A DNA stretch of 62,350 bases from Eledone cirrhosa (Eukaryota): assembly GCA_964016885.1 (NCBI GenBank), contig CAXHJY010001139.1, forward strand, positions 1 through 62,350, written 5' to 3'. The notes beneath the pieces are model-generated. The model saw nothing but the letters and a program-made list of their open reading frames with translations, made no database searches and was not told the origin of the DNA. The translations under genes were made by a program, and so were the position numbers. Of the stretch, positions 1 through 15,467 are shown piece after piece (position 1 is the stretch's first letter; each line of letters opens with the position of its first letter).

Positions 1-174
1 CAGCCCTACCACCCTCTAAAAACCCTAACAGGGAGTACCATGAAAAAAAGTGTCCCAAAACGGAGAGAAATGAAGCAAATGGAAAGATTTTACATAATGA
101 AAGCTATACAGCTTTTTACAAGAGAAGACATCTCTCATCCACCCAAACGTGGGTGGGAGATCTCCCGTCAGACG

Positions 175-470
175 GGGAGAGTTGCATGTCTGCTATTTAG
201 CCCTATGCCTGCGTGAGTTCGATTCCCGGTGGCTTGTTGCGCCCTTGAACAAGACACTTTAATTCAGTTTGCTCCAGTTCACTCAACTTTAGAAAAAATA
301 AGTTGTACCTGTAATTCGAAATGTCATCCTTAACGCAGAAGAAATGTCACGCTGAATCTCCCTGAGAACTACATTAAAGGTACATGTGTCAATGGAATAC
401 TCAGAATCACTTGCTCGTTAATTTCATGAGCAGGCTGTTCCGTTGTTCGAACAGCTGAAACACAACTTGT
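175..470 (+). mobile_element. Second tRNA-SINE family with CORE-like domain
   Basis: B-box GTTCGATTCCC followed by CCTTGAACAAGACACTT...TTGCTCCAG. Homologous to 35508-35820 (+) and 32080-32390 (+, diverged). Confidence 0.75.
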
Positions 471-682
471 CTAAACGGAGCATCACACCACACACACACA
501 CACACGCACACATCACACCACACAAACCACATACACACACACATCACACCACACACACCACACAAATCACACACATCACACCATACACACATCACACCAC
601 ACAAACCACACACACAAAATCACACCACACAATCCAACACACTGCAAATGCGTAAATATCAATCAACGTATTTACTACTTAC

Positions 683-826
683 CTCCTATAAGCCCGAAGC
701 TCACGTAGAGATATTCAATCTTGTTTACGCTGGATGTAATAAGGAAACCAACGGCCAGAATGATACCTCCCGATATAGCTACTATCCGACAGGAGAACCG
801 GTTACATAGCACAGTGGCTAACGGAC
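683..826 (-). CDS. SLC16/MCT-like transporter, coding exon 3 (144 nt); gene continues beyond the left edge
   Basis: Acceptor tttatgttacag, then (G)PLATVLCNRFSCRIVAISGGIILAVGFLITSSVNKIEYLYVSFGLIG(G), then donor GTAAGT. Contains the SLC16 motifs GP..S.L.NRF.CR and LY.S.G.I.G. Confidence 0.93.
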
Positions 827-902
827 CTGTAACATAAATAACACTGAATGAGAGACTGGTTGAACATTTATGCTTGATAAATAAACATATAGACAGTGAA
901 AC

Positions 903-1085
903 TAATGTTTCTACTTTAGGCACAAGGCCAGCAATTTGAAGAGGGGGGGGGGGAGTCGATTAAATTAACCCCAGTGCATTACTGGTGCTTTATTTATCGA
1001 CCCCGTAAGGATGAAAGGCAAAGCTAACGTCGGCAGGATTTGAACTCAGAACGTAACTCTATGCTGCGAAGCATAGTGTCCGACA
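903..1085 (-). mobile_element. tRNA-derived SINE with Meta-like central domain (5'-truncated)
   Basis: Reverse complement contains the B-box GAGTTCAAATCC and the GCCTTTCATCCTTACGGGGTCGATAAA...ACCAG core. Confidence 0.85.
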
Positions 1086-1467
1086 TAATGAACAGAGCAA
1101 TGACATATTTCATAATGTAATCATGGATGGATGGAATGATGGATGGGTGGACGGACGGACGGACGGATGTTCTTCTGGTTTTATTATTTTGTAAATGTTT
1201 ACCGAGAGAGAGAGAGAGAGTAGATAGATAGATAGAGATAGAGAGAGAGAGAGCCGGTTTCTTTATAGACGCAAGATTATTTCATTGTAATTTAGACCAC
1301 AACTAGGTAAATATTTATGTATGTCTGTACATACGTGTGTGTGTTTGTATGAGTGTGCTTGTATGGATGTTGCTGTATGTGTGGATCTGCTTGTTTTTAG
1401 TTATATGTGTATATGTGCATATGTTTATGTGTCTATACATGTGTATATGCAGTTATTACATGCAGAA

Positions 1468-1832
1468 TTACTTAAAGGTTTTACATATTTTTACAGTCCT
1501 ATTGCTGGACTGTACTTGCAACTTCCTAACTAGTCGTGCTCTTTCTAGTTCTGTGAAGCCCAGCTTCTCAAATTTTGTACTGGGGTAGTTAGTAACGTAT
1601 CCAAAAGCCTCAATGATCATAGGTATAAATCTAAAGTATAGTCAGGGTAGAGTATCTGAAGATTCCTCATTAACTTAGCATAAAAGTTCTCTTTGACCTT
1701 TATCATTTTATTGACATCTGTTAGGAGGCTGACTTCTACTACTGTGCATGTCTTCTTTTCTCTATCCCATTTCACTATATTTAGTTTGTTGTGTTTGCAT
1801 TTTATTGGGGTTTCGACTGGAACATTCCACCG
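1468..1832 (-). mobile_element. Degenerate 3' end of a restriction-like-endonuclease (R2/R4/NeSL-type) non-LTR retrotransposon
   Basis: [34 protein letters not shown]...KENFYAKL, then after a frameshift IIEAFGYV...RKLQ...KICKTFK*. This matches the RLE HNxPDI...E...K...Y...GAxG pattern. Confidence 0.7.
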
Positions 1833-1895
1833 TATGTATGTATGTATGTATGTATGTATGTATGTATGTATGTATGTATGTATGTATGTATGTAT

Positions 1896-2185
1896 GAGAG
1901 ATGACCCCTTAGCCTTTGTCAAGGCAGAATTCTAGGAGAAGGAAAACTCTGATATAAGCACCTGGAACCCTGATGGCATCCAATGATGTTGACTTGTTCT
2001 TCTTTTTGTTAAATATCATCTTGGTTAAGAGAGTGGGACTGGCTTTGTGCAGTGCCTTTGCTCACTATAAAAGCTTCACGGCACAGGCATTGCTTTATAT
2101 CTGGAGATCTCTCTGCACTTGTCGTCACATGGTACCATGGGCCCAGCACTATGTGTCAATAATTGTCACAAGTGTAGTGTTTGTA
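1896..2185 (+). mobile_element. Interspersed repeat, near-identical to 27687-27975 (which extends to ~28098); possibly RTE 5'-UTR related
   Basis: Two highly similar ~290-bp copies containing GGAGAAGGAAAACTCTGA. Confidence 0.7.
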
Positions 2186-2674
2186 TGTATGTATGTATGT
2201 ATGTATGTATGTATGTATGTATGTATGTATGTATGTATGTATGTATGTATGTATGCATGAGAGTGGGATTGGTCGAGTGCAAGGCCTTTCCCCACTTAAA
2301 AAACCTTCAAAACACAGGCATTGCTTGTTCAGGATATGTTACAGGTTTGTATGGCTGGACGTAACCTAAAGTGCACAAACTCTATAATCTGACAAGCCAT
2401 TGCAATTCTCTTAGCAGAGTTTGAAGCCATCATGTATGTATGTATATATGTATATATACATACATACGCACAGGCAATGCACGATAGAATTAATTAATTA
2501 TTATTAATAATGGTATATCATGCAATGGCCATACTCGATAACGAGGGGGAAGCCATCATCATATATATATATATATATATGTGTGTGTGTAAAAGGTAAA
2601 CAGAAATAACAACACAATCGGTACAGTATATGGAGGGATATATTAGGTTAACGCTTGATATAGCAGGAAGAGGG

Positions 2675-2711
2675 TCTTAACGTTTAGGACCGCTAGTCCT
2701 TCGTCAGAAGA
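2675..2711 (-). ncRNA. Degenerate minimal hammerhead (core G12 lost)
   Basis: Minus strand reads UCUU CUGACGA AGGAC UAGCG GUCCU AAACGUU AAGA. Stems I and II pair, stem III is the palindrome ACGU, but GAAAC lacks its G. Confidence 0.5.
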
Positions 2712-3167
2712 AAGAATGAGAAAGAAGATAGATTGAGGGGATGGGGGTGATGAAATATATATATATATATATAGATATATATATAGATATATATATATGA
2801 TAACATCGTCAGGTTAGTATACTGAGATATCTTAGCTGTGATGTTAGCTAAACACAAACATGTGGTTTGGTTCTATATGCATGGCTTCCGTACACGTGCT
2901 TGTAGTGTTGGTGGTGAGTCTCAGAGGTACAGCCGTTTAGAGTGTGGAATATTTTCACAAAACACTGCATATTTGAAATTTAAGATCGTAAATGCCAATA
3001 AGGATGGTAGATATTATCAAACACACACATATATATATACACATATATAAAAGTGTTTATAAATACATGCACATGCACATACATATTTATATATACATAC
3101 ACACAACATATATATATAAGTGTGTATGTGTGTGTGTGCATATATATGTGTTAATATACAAACATAC

Positions 3168-3222
<55 letters not shown>

Positions 3223-3268
3223 CATATATCATATATATACATATATATATATACATATATATATATAC

Positions 3269-3299
<31 letters not shown>

Positions 3300-3336
3300 C
3301 ATATATATACATATACATATATACATATATATATTA

Positions 3337-3370
<34 letters not shown>

Positions 3371-3393
3371 CATATATACATATATATATATAT

Positions 3394-3450
<57 letters not shown>

Positions 3451-3598
3451 GATAGCATAATAGCCGAGAGATATACGTGAACTTTTGATGATCCATTCTA
3501 ACGGAAGTGTCATACTGCAGACGGGTCTGTGAAAGAGGAAGGGGAGCATGGAGAGGGTATATATATATGTGTGGTGTGTGTATATATATATATATATG

Positions 3599-3740
<142 letters not shown>

Positions 3741-3762
3741 TATATATATATATATATATATA

Positions 3763-3901
<139 letters not shown>

Positions 3902-4000
3902 TATATATATATATATATATAATATATATATAATATATATATGTATATATGTCCCACTATATATATTATGAATATATATGTATATATATATGTCTATATA

Positions 4001-4085
<85 letters not shown>

Positions 4086-4098
4086 GTCCCTCTCTCTC

Positions 4099-4151
<53 letters not shown>

Positions 4152-4278
4152 TAACAGTTGAGAGACGATTCTCAATAGACAGCATGTATTTACTTACATA
4201 AATTATCACTGTCAATGTCCGAGTGTCAACATTTCACACAATGTTTTCTATACAGACACACTTAGACACTTACACAGC

Positions 4279-4414
<136 letters not shown>

Positions 4415-4423
4415 ATAGATAGA

Positions 4424-4787
4424 TTTCTTTATTAGCCACAAGGGTGCAACAAGAAAAGGGGACAATATAAAGACATGCCGGGGATTTTACATACAGTCGT
4501 GTAAAAAATATAAAAACAAACAATTACAACAATCGAAATCCCCAATAGGGGGGGCGCCACAAATGGGTTGTTTAATACCCCGTCGATAGAACAACCCTCA
4601 ACTCCAGGAGCGTGTGTGCAAGTGCTCCTTTCTTCCTTTTGCTCTCTTCCTCAACCTACAGGCTTATAAACAGAGAAGGCCCAATCACTCGGGCCATTTT
4701 CGCTTCATTCACCCACCTTTCAGTAAATTTACTGGTGTGCAGTGCCTATCTCCACACTCTGATTCTCCTTCTAAAGTGATACTTAAA
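4424..4787 (-). mobile_element. Tx1/L1-like LINE 3' end flanked by (GATA)n
   Basis: Reverse complement matches 20300-20560 and encodes YHFRRRIRVE...FTERW. Confidence 0.7.
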
Positions 4788-5525
4788 TAGATAGATAGAT
4801 AGATAGATATAGATATGCTCACAGACACAGTTATACTCACACAAGTTCTGATAGACACTCACACACATTCAAACATATACACACAGACACATACATATAT
4901 ATACACACACACATACACACACACATACACACACACACACATACATACATACATACATACATACACACATACATACATACATAAATAAATACATACACAG
5001 GTACGTATTTATACATGCATAAGGGTGTCAGACGACGTATGTGTGAGATTGATTCACTATATACCCCAGTAGCAACACCACCACTGGTATATCACCATCG
5101 CCTTATACACCCGATTCCTCACCACCTCAGCCACCATCTCCGCCACCATATTCACGCTAACACCATCCTGAATAACCACCCTCACTAGCACCACCTCAGC
5201 CACCCATCTCCGCCACCATATTCACGCTAACACCATCCTAATAACCACCCTCACTAGCACCACCACCACCACCACCACCACCAATCACCACTACTACCAC
5301 CACCATCACCACCAGACACCACTAGCACCACCACCACCAATACCAAGCACCACTACCACCACCACCACCACCACCAATCACCACTTCCACCACCACCACC
5401 ACCACCACCAGACACCACTTCCACCACCACCACCACCACCACCAGACACCACGGTCACCACCACTACCAATCACCACTTCCACCACCACCACCACCACCA
5501 CCACCAGACACCACTAGCACCACCA

Positions 5526-5752
5526 ATGTCAACTCTGGATGTCGGTGTGGGTCTGAGACTTGGACACTGACCAAGAAACTCACTCAGATGGTGGATGGGT
5601 GCTACACGAGAATGCTGGGGATGGCTCTGAACATTAATCAGTATACACTGAGGATGAAAAAACTCAGAGCTGTATGGGAGCATCCCAAAAGTCAGCTCAA
5701 AAGTGTCACAGAGGAGACTGAGGTTAGCTGGACATGCTCACCGACATCCAGA

Positions 5753-5754
<2 letters not shown>
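5526..5754 (+). mobile_element. RTE-like LINE fragment with an inverted 5' piece
   Basis: [23 protein letters not shown]...[11 protein letters not shown]; same family as 54355-54725. Confidence 0.8.
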
Positions 5755-5831
<77 letters not shown>

Positions 5832-5876
5832 CACACACACACATAAACACACATATACATATATATATATATATAT

Positions 5877-6056
5877 AACGAAGGAAATGTGGTAAGGAAA
5901 TATGGTAAGGAACTAGATGGACCATAACGCACCAAAGTACTCAATACTTAGGGTAGTAGAGTGGGTAATAGGAACAAGTAGGACCCCGAGGTCTGAGCTC
6001 AAGCCGTTTCGACGGCTAATACGGCTTGAGCTCAGCCGTCGGGGTCCTACTTGTTC

Positions 6057-6060
<4 letters not shown>
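5877..6060 (-). mobile_element. Family A fold-back element (SLC16 intron 2)
   Basis: Same tail and inverted arm; centre partly deleted; (TA)n on both sides. Confidence 0.85.
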
Positions 6061-6137
<77 letters not shown>

Positions 6138-6629
6138 CATATGAGAGATGGGGAGAGAGGAAACAGAAAGAAAACAATACTAATGATGATGATGATGATG
6201 ATGATGATGGTCGCATTCCCTTGAAGCATTCGATACGTATGTACTATTAATCGACATACATAAATACATATACACATATATATATATACGTACATACATA
6301 CACACATACACAAACGTACGTCGTTCATACATACATACATAGTACATACACACACACATACATAGATACACACATACAGACAGACAGACAGACACACATA
6401 CATACATATAAACCCAAACACAGACACGTGCATGTCGTAATGACCAGCTGTATTTGACATTTTGTCAAATTACATAGGGTAACAATGGCATGTGAATTGT
6501 CATCTAAATTCCACCACCACCGCCGCCGCCGCTGACGCCACCGCCGCCAGTAACAGCACCACCACCGCCGCCGCCAGTAACAGCACCACCACGCCGCCAC
6601 CATTATCATTCTTTTCATTATTATTATGA

Positions 6630-7165
6630 CGTACAAGGCCGAGGTTATCTTTGCCTTTCATCCTTACGGGGTCGATAAAATAAAGTACCAGTCACGCACT
6701 GGGGTCGATTTATCGACTTCCCCCCCCCCCCTAAATTGCTGGCATTGTGCCTATATAAGAAACCATTTTTTCATGCATAGAGTTGCGGCCCTTGCCATTC
6801 TGAGTTCAAATCCCGCCGAGGTTAACTTTGCCTTTCATCCTTACGGGGTCGATAAAATAAAGTACCAGTAATACACTGGGAATATGCTGGCCTTGTGCCA
6901 AAAAAAAGTAGAAACAATTATTATTATTACATACAAGGCCGAGGTTATCTTTGCCTTTCATCCTTACGGGGTCGATAAAATAAAGTACCAGTCACGCACT
7001 GGGATCGATTTTATCGACTTTCCCCTCCCCCCCCCCCAAATTTTGCTGGCCTTGTGCCTATATAAGAAACCATTATTATTATTACATACAAGGCCGAGGT
7101 TAACTTTGCCTTCCATGCTACGGGGTCGATAAAATAAAGTACCAGTAATGCACTGGGTAATTGCT
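6630..7165 (+). mobile_element. Tandem array of four SINE 3' halves (Meta-like domain)
   Basis: gccgaggtta...ggggtcgataaaataaagtaccagt repeated at ~6638, 6815, 6938 and 7093. Confidence 0.85.
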
Positions 7166-7317
7166 GACCTTACTGCATCCATTTCGATATAAGTATATAA
7201 CTAAACGAAAAAGTGATATGTATATAGAGAGATAGAAAGAACGATATATCGTATAAGAAACACAGTATATTGTATAAATACCAAATACATATTCTATAGA
7301 AGATTATGTACACAGAT

Positions 7318-7500
7318 AATTGTTTCTACTTTAGGCACAAGGCCAGCAATTACCCAGTGCATTACTGGTACTTTATTTTATCGACCCCGTAAGGATGAAA
7401 GGCAAAGTCAACCTCGGCGGATTTGAACTCAGAACGTAAAGGGACCTAACTATGCTGGAAAGCATGGCGTCCGACCCTCTACTGATACTGCCAATCCACC
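7318..7500 (-). mobile_element. Meta-like tRNA SINE, full length, with TSD
   Basis: A- and B-box-like motifs; ACACAGATAAT duplicated on both sides. Confidence 0.9.
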
Positions 7501-7850
7501 ACACAGATAATGTCTATTGAGCTTGCTTATTGAGAAACACAAAATTCTAAACAAATTTCATATGTTTTGATATATATTTTTGCTAGACCAGTCATCGCTG
7601 TTTAATCAGCTCTTAAATATTACTGGAATTCTATAAGAAGCAAGGAAGTGAGTGGTCTTGATAAACGCTAACGAGCGAGAAACATCTGCCGATCACACTT
7701 CTTTCCTTTTGCCGAGAATATGTAAGTGACATAGTCACTTCTTTAAAGCTCATAGCGAATGGTCTTCTAAATGTTTTTAATTAAACATACAGTATATTGC
7801 TAAATATACTATACATATATTCATGTAGACATCGCTATTTTAGAGCTCTA

Positions 7851-7881
<31 letters not shown>

Positions 7882-7998
7882 AGTAGAAGGGGTAATTTAA
7901 TTTGTTGGAAATCCGACAAATATAAATGTTTATAACTGATTTAGAGCACTCAACAGTTTCCTGGAGTAATATATATATATTTATATACATACATACCT

Positions 7999-8062
<64 letters not shown>

Positions 8063-8091
8063 TTAAGTATTTATTATATTGTGTTGATTAT

Positions 8092-8156
<65 letters not shown>

Positions 8157-8436
8157 CATAGAGAGGTAGAAATATTCTTGTTATGCACAACGTAAGCGTG
8201 CAGTATCATAAATTTATATACTACACAAATATAAGTATGTATAAATATTTATATATTAGATATGTAGGCGTATATACACATGTATGCGGACATCCTTTGT
8301 ATCAATTCGCACACATACATACATTAAGTATGTAATCATATGTGCATATATGTATGTTGCTGAGCAAGTCAGTATGCGTGTGGGAGGTGTTTGTGTTTAT
8401 ATGTACCCCCCCCCCCCCCCCACACACACACACATA

Positions 8437-8483
<47 letters not shown>

Positions 8484-8676
8484 GTATATTTATCGGCATT
8501 CTGAGAGGTAGAGAAACAAATTTTGCCTGTCAGAAATGTCAAAAATCTCTTTGGTATACACACACACACATACACGCCCCCCCCCAAGTAAACACACACA
8601 CAAACACGTGTGTAAACATAAACGATTATGTATATATATCCATATACGTATACACACATATATATATATACATATA

Positions 8677-8730
<54 letters not shown>

Positions 8731-8758
8731 TGTGTGAGTTTATGTATATATATATATA

Positions 8759-8826
<68 letters not shown>

Positions 8827-8874
8827 GAAGAGTGTGTGTGTATATATATATATATATAGGTGTGTGAGTTTATG

Positions 8875-8966
<92 letters not shown>

Positions 8967-9286
8967 CATAGAAGAGTGTATGAGTGCGTGGGCGTGGGTG
9001 TATCCGTCCGTTCTCAGATTAGCAATACAACAGATGGTTAAAGCTTCTGCTTACACCATTCTCTGAAATTAACAGAAGTGTCTTAGCTTTAAATGTTACC
9101 TTATCTATCTTTCTCCCTCACACACACACACACATACACACATGTATTTATATACACGTTGCCTCTCTCTTTCTCTCACACACATACATACACACACACA
9201 CGTCTTTATATACACATTGTCTCTCTATCTCACCCCCTCTCTCTCTTGTCTTTCTCTCTCTTTCTATCTATCTCCCATTGTATGTG

Positions 9287-9492
<206 letters not shown>

Positions 9493-9529
9493 ATATATAT
9501 ATATATATATTATATATTATATATATATG

Positions 9530-9564
<35 letters not shown>

Positions 9565-9580
9565 ATATATATATATATAT

Positions 9581-9658
<78 letters not shown>

Positions 9659-10192
9659 GTCTTCATCATTGATAAACTTTCCTCTACGTCGGATGTACTT
9701 TACGAACAGTGAAGATACGTAGATTAATAGTTAGGGTGTTCGGTCGTCTCACAGTTCGGTCGTCTCACAATCGTAAATAATAGTTTAAAAAATAATTAAC
9801 CACAAGGATAGTTGTTTGATAGTTTTGGTTAGCCTTTTAAAGCTGAAATTTATTTTTCTTACGATTTTTTTTTACGCTTTTACGTTTTTAACAGATACGC
9901 CCATGAAACTCCTCGCTGGTTATTTGTTTCTTGTTTCTTGTTGTTTTTTTTTTAGGGGGGGGGGGGGGGGGCGCTGTATGGTACCGAACCGAAGAACTCC
10001 AAAACACCCTTCTCTGACACAGGTGTAACAATAAAAATTTATCAAATATTTTTATTTGTCCTAAGTGCGCAGAGAGTAAAAAAAAACCGTAGTTAGGGAA
10101 CCACTGGTTTGAAACTAAGATTAAGTAAATAACGTTAGCTTTTAACAGAGCTCTTCAAGAAATTCCTTTTCGTTTCTTTTACTTCTACTTTT

Positions 10193-10231
<39 letters not shown>

Positions 10232-11454
10232 CCTTCAAATTCTTCTCCGTGTCCTGTCTTCTGTTATCTTATTTTTTCTTCTGTTTTCTGTCTTCTACTT
10301 GTCAGACTTTCGTTCCAGAACATTCCACCAATCTGACTTGTGATGAACTCACAAGCAGCTATCATCGAGCTGTCAGCCAAGAGACATTTGACCTTGCGGG
10401 ATTGTTATGTGTGTGTGGAGGTGTGTGTGCGTGGCGACAGACGGTCCATTGGGTGAGCAAGGCAGCTTCTGCAAATAATTAGTTGATTACATCTGGTTTC
10501 ACACACGCACTACGCATGGACACACACACACACACAAACACGCGTCTTTTTATACACACATATTTCCTTTTTGGCTCCGATGGATCTACGAATACCTAAG
10601 ACGGCGCCCTTACGACTCCACCTGTAGTCAATGGGCCCATACACACACACACCCACACATACATACATATGTATATACATATATATATAATTGTTGACAT
10701 TTATCATAAGACATTGGTAGTGACAGGAACTGTATGGAAGGGGAATTAACAGACACGTGGGCCACACAGTCGCAGTCGGTTTGGCGAAATATTACCCCAG
10801 CACCAAAAACGAAAGGGTCTTGATAACGCCAAGAGTAGAAATGGATGAGGAAGAGGGCAGTGGATTCAGAGAATAGCCAGGGGATAATGGACAAAATGGC
10901 CGCGTGGTAGATTTTACACGAATCTGTGTTGGCTAGTAGTTAAAGTGTTGAAATCATTATCAGAATGTCGAGGGTTCAATTTCTGGACCGGGTGGCCCAT
11001 TGTGTTCTTGATGGTAGTGGTAGTCTTATTTGTGGTAGTGGTGGTGGTAGTGGAAATTGTGGTAGTAGTTCTTTCATACAAAACAGTATATTTGACCAAT
11101 TACATCAATTGTCAAGTCAAGAATACTCAAACTATACGGCCATATAAAAAGATCAACTCGTGGTGCGAGTAGATTATGCCTGGAAGGAAGGTTACCTAGT
11201 AAGAAAAGCAGAGGCCGGCAGCAAAAACGATGGCTTGGCGATGTCAATTCAAGGACTGGACTTGATCTTTGCTCTTTATACTCTGCTCGTGATCGAACTT
11301 TGTGGAAAGAGATATCACATGTTAATGCGCAGTCTGCAACTGGCGGAGTTTAGCGTCACAAGAAGAAATATATTTGCATTTATCTAAAAAGCTTTCAATC
11401 ATGATTTTATATAAGTGCTTTTGTTAGATTGTTCTCTAAACATAAGATTAATAA

Positions 11455-11665
11455 TGATTTCTGATTTAGGTACAACATTTTGAGGGGATGGGAAAGTCGA
11501 TTAAATCTACCCCAGTACATTACTGTTACTTTATTTTATCGACCCCGTAAGGATGAACGGCAGAGTTAACCTCGGCGAGATTTGAACTCAGATCATGAAG
11601 GGCCGTAACTTTATGCTGCAAAGCATGGCGTCAGACCCTCTACCGATACTGCCAATCCACCGCCC
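11455..11665 (-). mobile_element. Meta-like tRNA SINE
   Basis: Same consensus; imperfect TSD acataag(a/c)ttaataatga. Older diverged plus-strand copies at ~12000-12120 and 12470-12600. Confidence 0.85.
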
Positions 11666-12779
11666 TACATAAGCTTAATAATGAGAAAGGTACATCCTCC
11701 CAAATTCTTAATCATTTTTAAACGGTTTTGAAAATCATAGGCAGTATTTTTCATTTAGAAACGGGTTCAGGTAGATTTACTTAGCTGCTACTTCTAGCAG
11801 GTGAAGTGGCCGTGTCGAGAGGGCTCCAAACTTCATCACCATGTCAAATAAAGTATCAAAGTATCAAAGTATCAGGTTCAAGTGATGACTATATATATCA
11901 CGGAATGGGGGTGGTGTTGTCGAAACATATGGCAGTGCGTATCTTTGGTAAACCACATCAGGATTCCCAGAAATTTAAGGTATATTTATTTGCAGGGTCG
12001 TAAGGGCGTCTGATTAAACGCCTCGGTATTTGTTTCGGTTCACTGCGCTTAAAGTTCAAACCTCAGTGAGGTCAACTTCGCCTTTCATTCTTTCAGAGTC
12101 GATAAAAATAAATAGTACCAATCCGGAATCTGTGGCGTTGGATTGACAGAATTGTTAACGAGTCGGTATATGATCCAACTCTGACTGTTACAAGTTCAAA
12201 TCCCGCCTTTCTCCTGCCAGAAGTTGTGACTGACAGATAGTATCAGCAATGGCAAGACGAATAGAAACATTGTTTCCTTGGCCGTATATAACGATCGGCC
12301 CTTTTCCTTAAATTCTAGCGGGGGCTGCGACCGAATGAAAGTACCAACAAAGGATACACCAATATAAACATTGTTTCCTCGGTCCGATCTGACGATCAAA
12401 TCATTTCCTTTATTTAGTTGCTATTTCTACCAAGTCAAATGATCGAGTAAAGAGGGCCCCACGTATTTTAGGTGGCGAATTTGGCAGAGTTGAAAGGATG
12501 TCATATACATTGCATTGCGGTATTCATTCCTGCACTATATTCTCTGAATTAAAATCCTGCCGAAGCCAACTTTGCCTCTTATCCTTTCCGGATCGATAAA
12601 CTTCGGAGTTTCACTTGTGTTCTCACAAGCCAGACAAAACTCATCTCTGATGATCCTGTAAGTACTCAGATGAAACTCCAGAAAACAAGATTCATCACTT
12701 GGCCATAATAAAGAATAATATTAAACTCTTCTTTCATTCTGAATGTTCGTTCTTGCATCCGTTAGTATCACACGGATGT

Positions 12780-13250
12780 AGATGATATGGAAAGGTTAGA
12801 GAGAAATTTAGCTCCGATCTATATGCAATGCTAATGTACATGAACGACAAAGCATGGATGAGCTGAGAGGAAAGCTGTGCATAAGAAGAATCAGATGTAG
12901 CGTGCAGGAGAGAACCATGCGTTGATATGGGCCATGTGATGCGTGTGAATGATGATCGTAGGGTGCCAAGATGTGCCAAAAAATCCCAATGGAAGGAAGC
13001 TGCAGCAGAGGAAGACCAAGGAAGACCTGGACGAAAGTTGTGAGGGTTGATTTAAAATTGCTGAAGCTCACCAAAGAGATGAATAAAGACCGCAACAAGT
13101 GGAGGGATGCTGCGCTGCATGCGACCCGTTCAACTCATGCAAGCATGGAAAAAGACGAACGTAAAACGATGATGACGATGACGATGATGTTGATGATGAC
13201 GATGATGAGGACGATGGTGATGACGACGACAACGACGATGATGATGATGA
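12780..13250 (+). mobile_element. RTE (BovB-like) LINE 3' end with (GAT)n tail
   Basis: Frameshifted VQER..R*YGHVMR...EGSCSRGRPRKTW..VVR.DL......M..DR.KWR. Confidence 0.8.
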
Positions 13251-14749
13251 TATCTCAGCAAGTACAATGGACTGTATTTGTAATTCAAAGGTCCAGTCTG
13301 CCTTGTCACATATTGCGTCACGCTGACTTTGTCTGAGAATTACATTAATGATACCCTGTCTACAGAACATACAATCACTTAACGACAATAAAACTGAGTT
13401 ATCGCTGAAATAAACCTGCAGAAGAATGGGCGTCGCCTGATTCAAAGTGTCTAAGATACGCAGTATATAAAAATGGCGCCCATACGACTCAATTAGGATT
13501 TAAGGGATCAGTGATTGGTGACGGTGTGTACGTTAGATCATATAGCTTCTTCATCATGATGTCAAACAAAGGTTTACGTTGTAGTCAAGTCTATATATCA
13601 CGAGGTAGGAGAGGGGTGGTGGTGGTGGTTCCTGAACCATATGGCGCTGAATACCTTGGTTAAATTCATTGGGATTCTCAATCTCCCAAATACCTAAATT
13701 CTTTCGCAATCGTCTCTGAATTCTTCGACTGCCTTCATCTGGCTACAAAAACATCTCAATTTCCGAACTGTCTCGACATTTGTCGGTTCTTAATGGCTCA
13801 ATTGTCTCTTTCATTTAGGCTACGTAATAATATCTCGAATTTCTATCTCTATATCTATCTATTCTGTTTGTTTGATTCTTTGTTTTATTGTTTCATTTAA
13901 TCTTTCTTTTTTTTTTTCTTTTTGGGAAGAAACAAAATGGATGCTTTACTGGAGAAGCCCTTACGCTGCAGCCATTGTTATTTTGATTCTGTTTATTATT
14001 ATTATCATCATTATTATTATTACTATTTCTGTTATTGTTGGTGTTGTTGTTATTAATATTATCATTATCGTTGTTGTTGTTGTTGCGATTATTATTATTA
14101 TTATTATTATTATTATCATTTGTTAAATTCTTACCCTAGTTTTCTAAAGCTTTCATATTTGTTTTTCATGAGAATCTGTCAGACATGGTTACATGTAATT
14201 GATCTAACATTCCACCTATAAAACTGAGTTATCGCTCAAATAAACCCTCCTCCACCTCTACCCCCATCATCAAGATCCCACACAACCAGTAATTATCTGC
14301 AGTTGATATAGAGATTTAGATCGGAGATATATATCCAAAAACATGCACACACGCACACACACATACACACTCACATATACATACATACATATATATACAC
14401 ACACACACACCAACACTCAGACACATACGCAAACACACTAATACTTGGACACATATGCAAACACACATCTCATACGTAAACACATCAATACTCAGACACA
14501 TACGTAAGCACACCCAGCACTCAGACGCATACCCAAACTCATCAACACTCAAATACTGACACATGCACGCACTAACACTCAGATACATATGTAAAAGAAC
14601 CGCAAGTGACACAAAATGGCGTCGTGGTGGTGTTATGCCAGTCAACGGTTTCAGTTCATGGCATAATAAATATAGTATTAAATCAATACTGGGATAGGAT
14701 ATTCCTATCTATCTATCTTTCTGTTTATCTATATATATGTATGTCTGTA

Positions 14750-14829
<80 letters not shown>

Positions 14830-14951
14830 AATATATATGTGTGTGTGTCTCTCGCTCTCTCTCTCTAAATATATATATATGTGTGTGTCTCTGTCTATCT
14901 CTCTCTTCTCTCTCTCTCCATATATATCCCTTCCATATACTATACCGATGT

Positions 14952-14995
14952 ACTTTGCTGACGATGGCTAATGGGCTTGAAACTAGTATAGCGTT
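14952..14995 (+). ncRNA. Degenerate minimal hammerhead
   Basis: CTGACGA tggctaatgggctt GAA ACTAGT A. Stem III is palindromic; stem I pairs poorly. Confidence 0.4.
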
Positions 14996-15254
14996 CCTTT
15001 GTCAGTGTTGAACGAGCGAGCAACGATGGTTGCTGGACACTGCGGCTTAATACGGGATATTTGTTTACAAACACACCGACCATTATAATAAATGATCGGT
15101 GAATCCATACGTACATATATATGTGTTCATGTATATATATATATATACATACTACTGTACGTCTGTATACATGTGTGTATGAACGTGTACATACTTATAT
15201 TTAAGTAACAGCCGTACTAAGAGTGGGAAATAAAATTTCGTTTCATTTTTTTTC

Positions 15255-15322
<68 letters not shown>

Positions 15323-15467
15323 TGATTATATGTTGGTTGCATACCAACACCTCAGTATGCAGATTGGAGCACTCGACCAAGTGCGCAGGTTGGTTTGGTT
15401 ACTCCGGAGTAATGTAAAATAAACTAAAATAAATAAATCAAATATTTAAAATTTGGCTTCGTTTATT

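Noticed and set aside
675-923. 82-aa ORF as a standalone gene
   Set aside because: Only 683-826 is exon; the N-terminal part is intron plus SINE tail.
10628-10894. Non-repetitive 88-aa ORF as an extra SLC16 exon
   Set aside because: Exons 2 and 3 already join seamlessly (LLLG|PLA), and the peptide has no transporter character.
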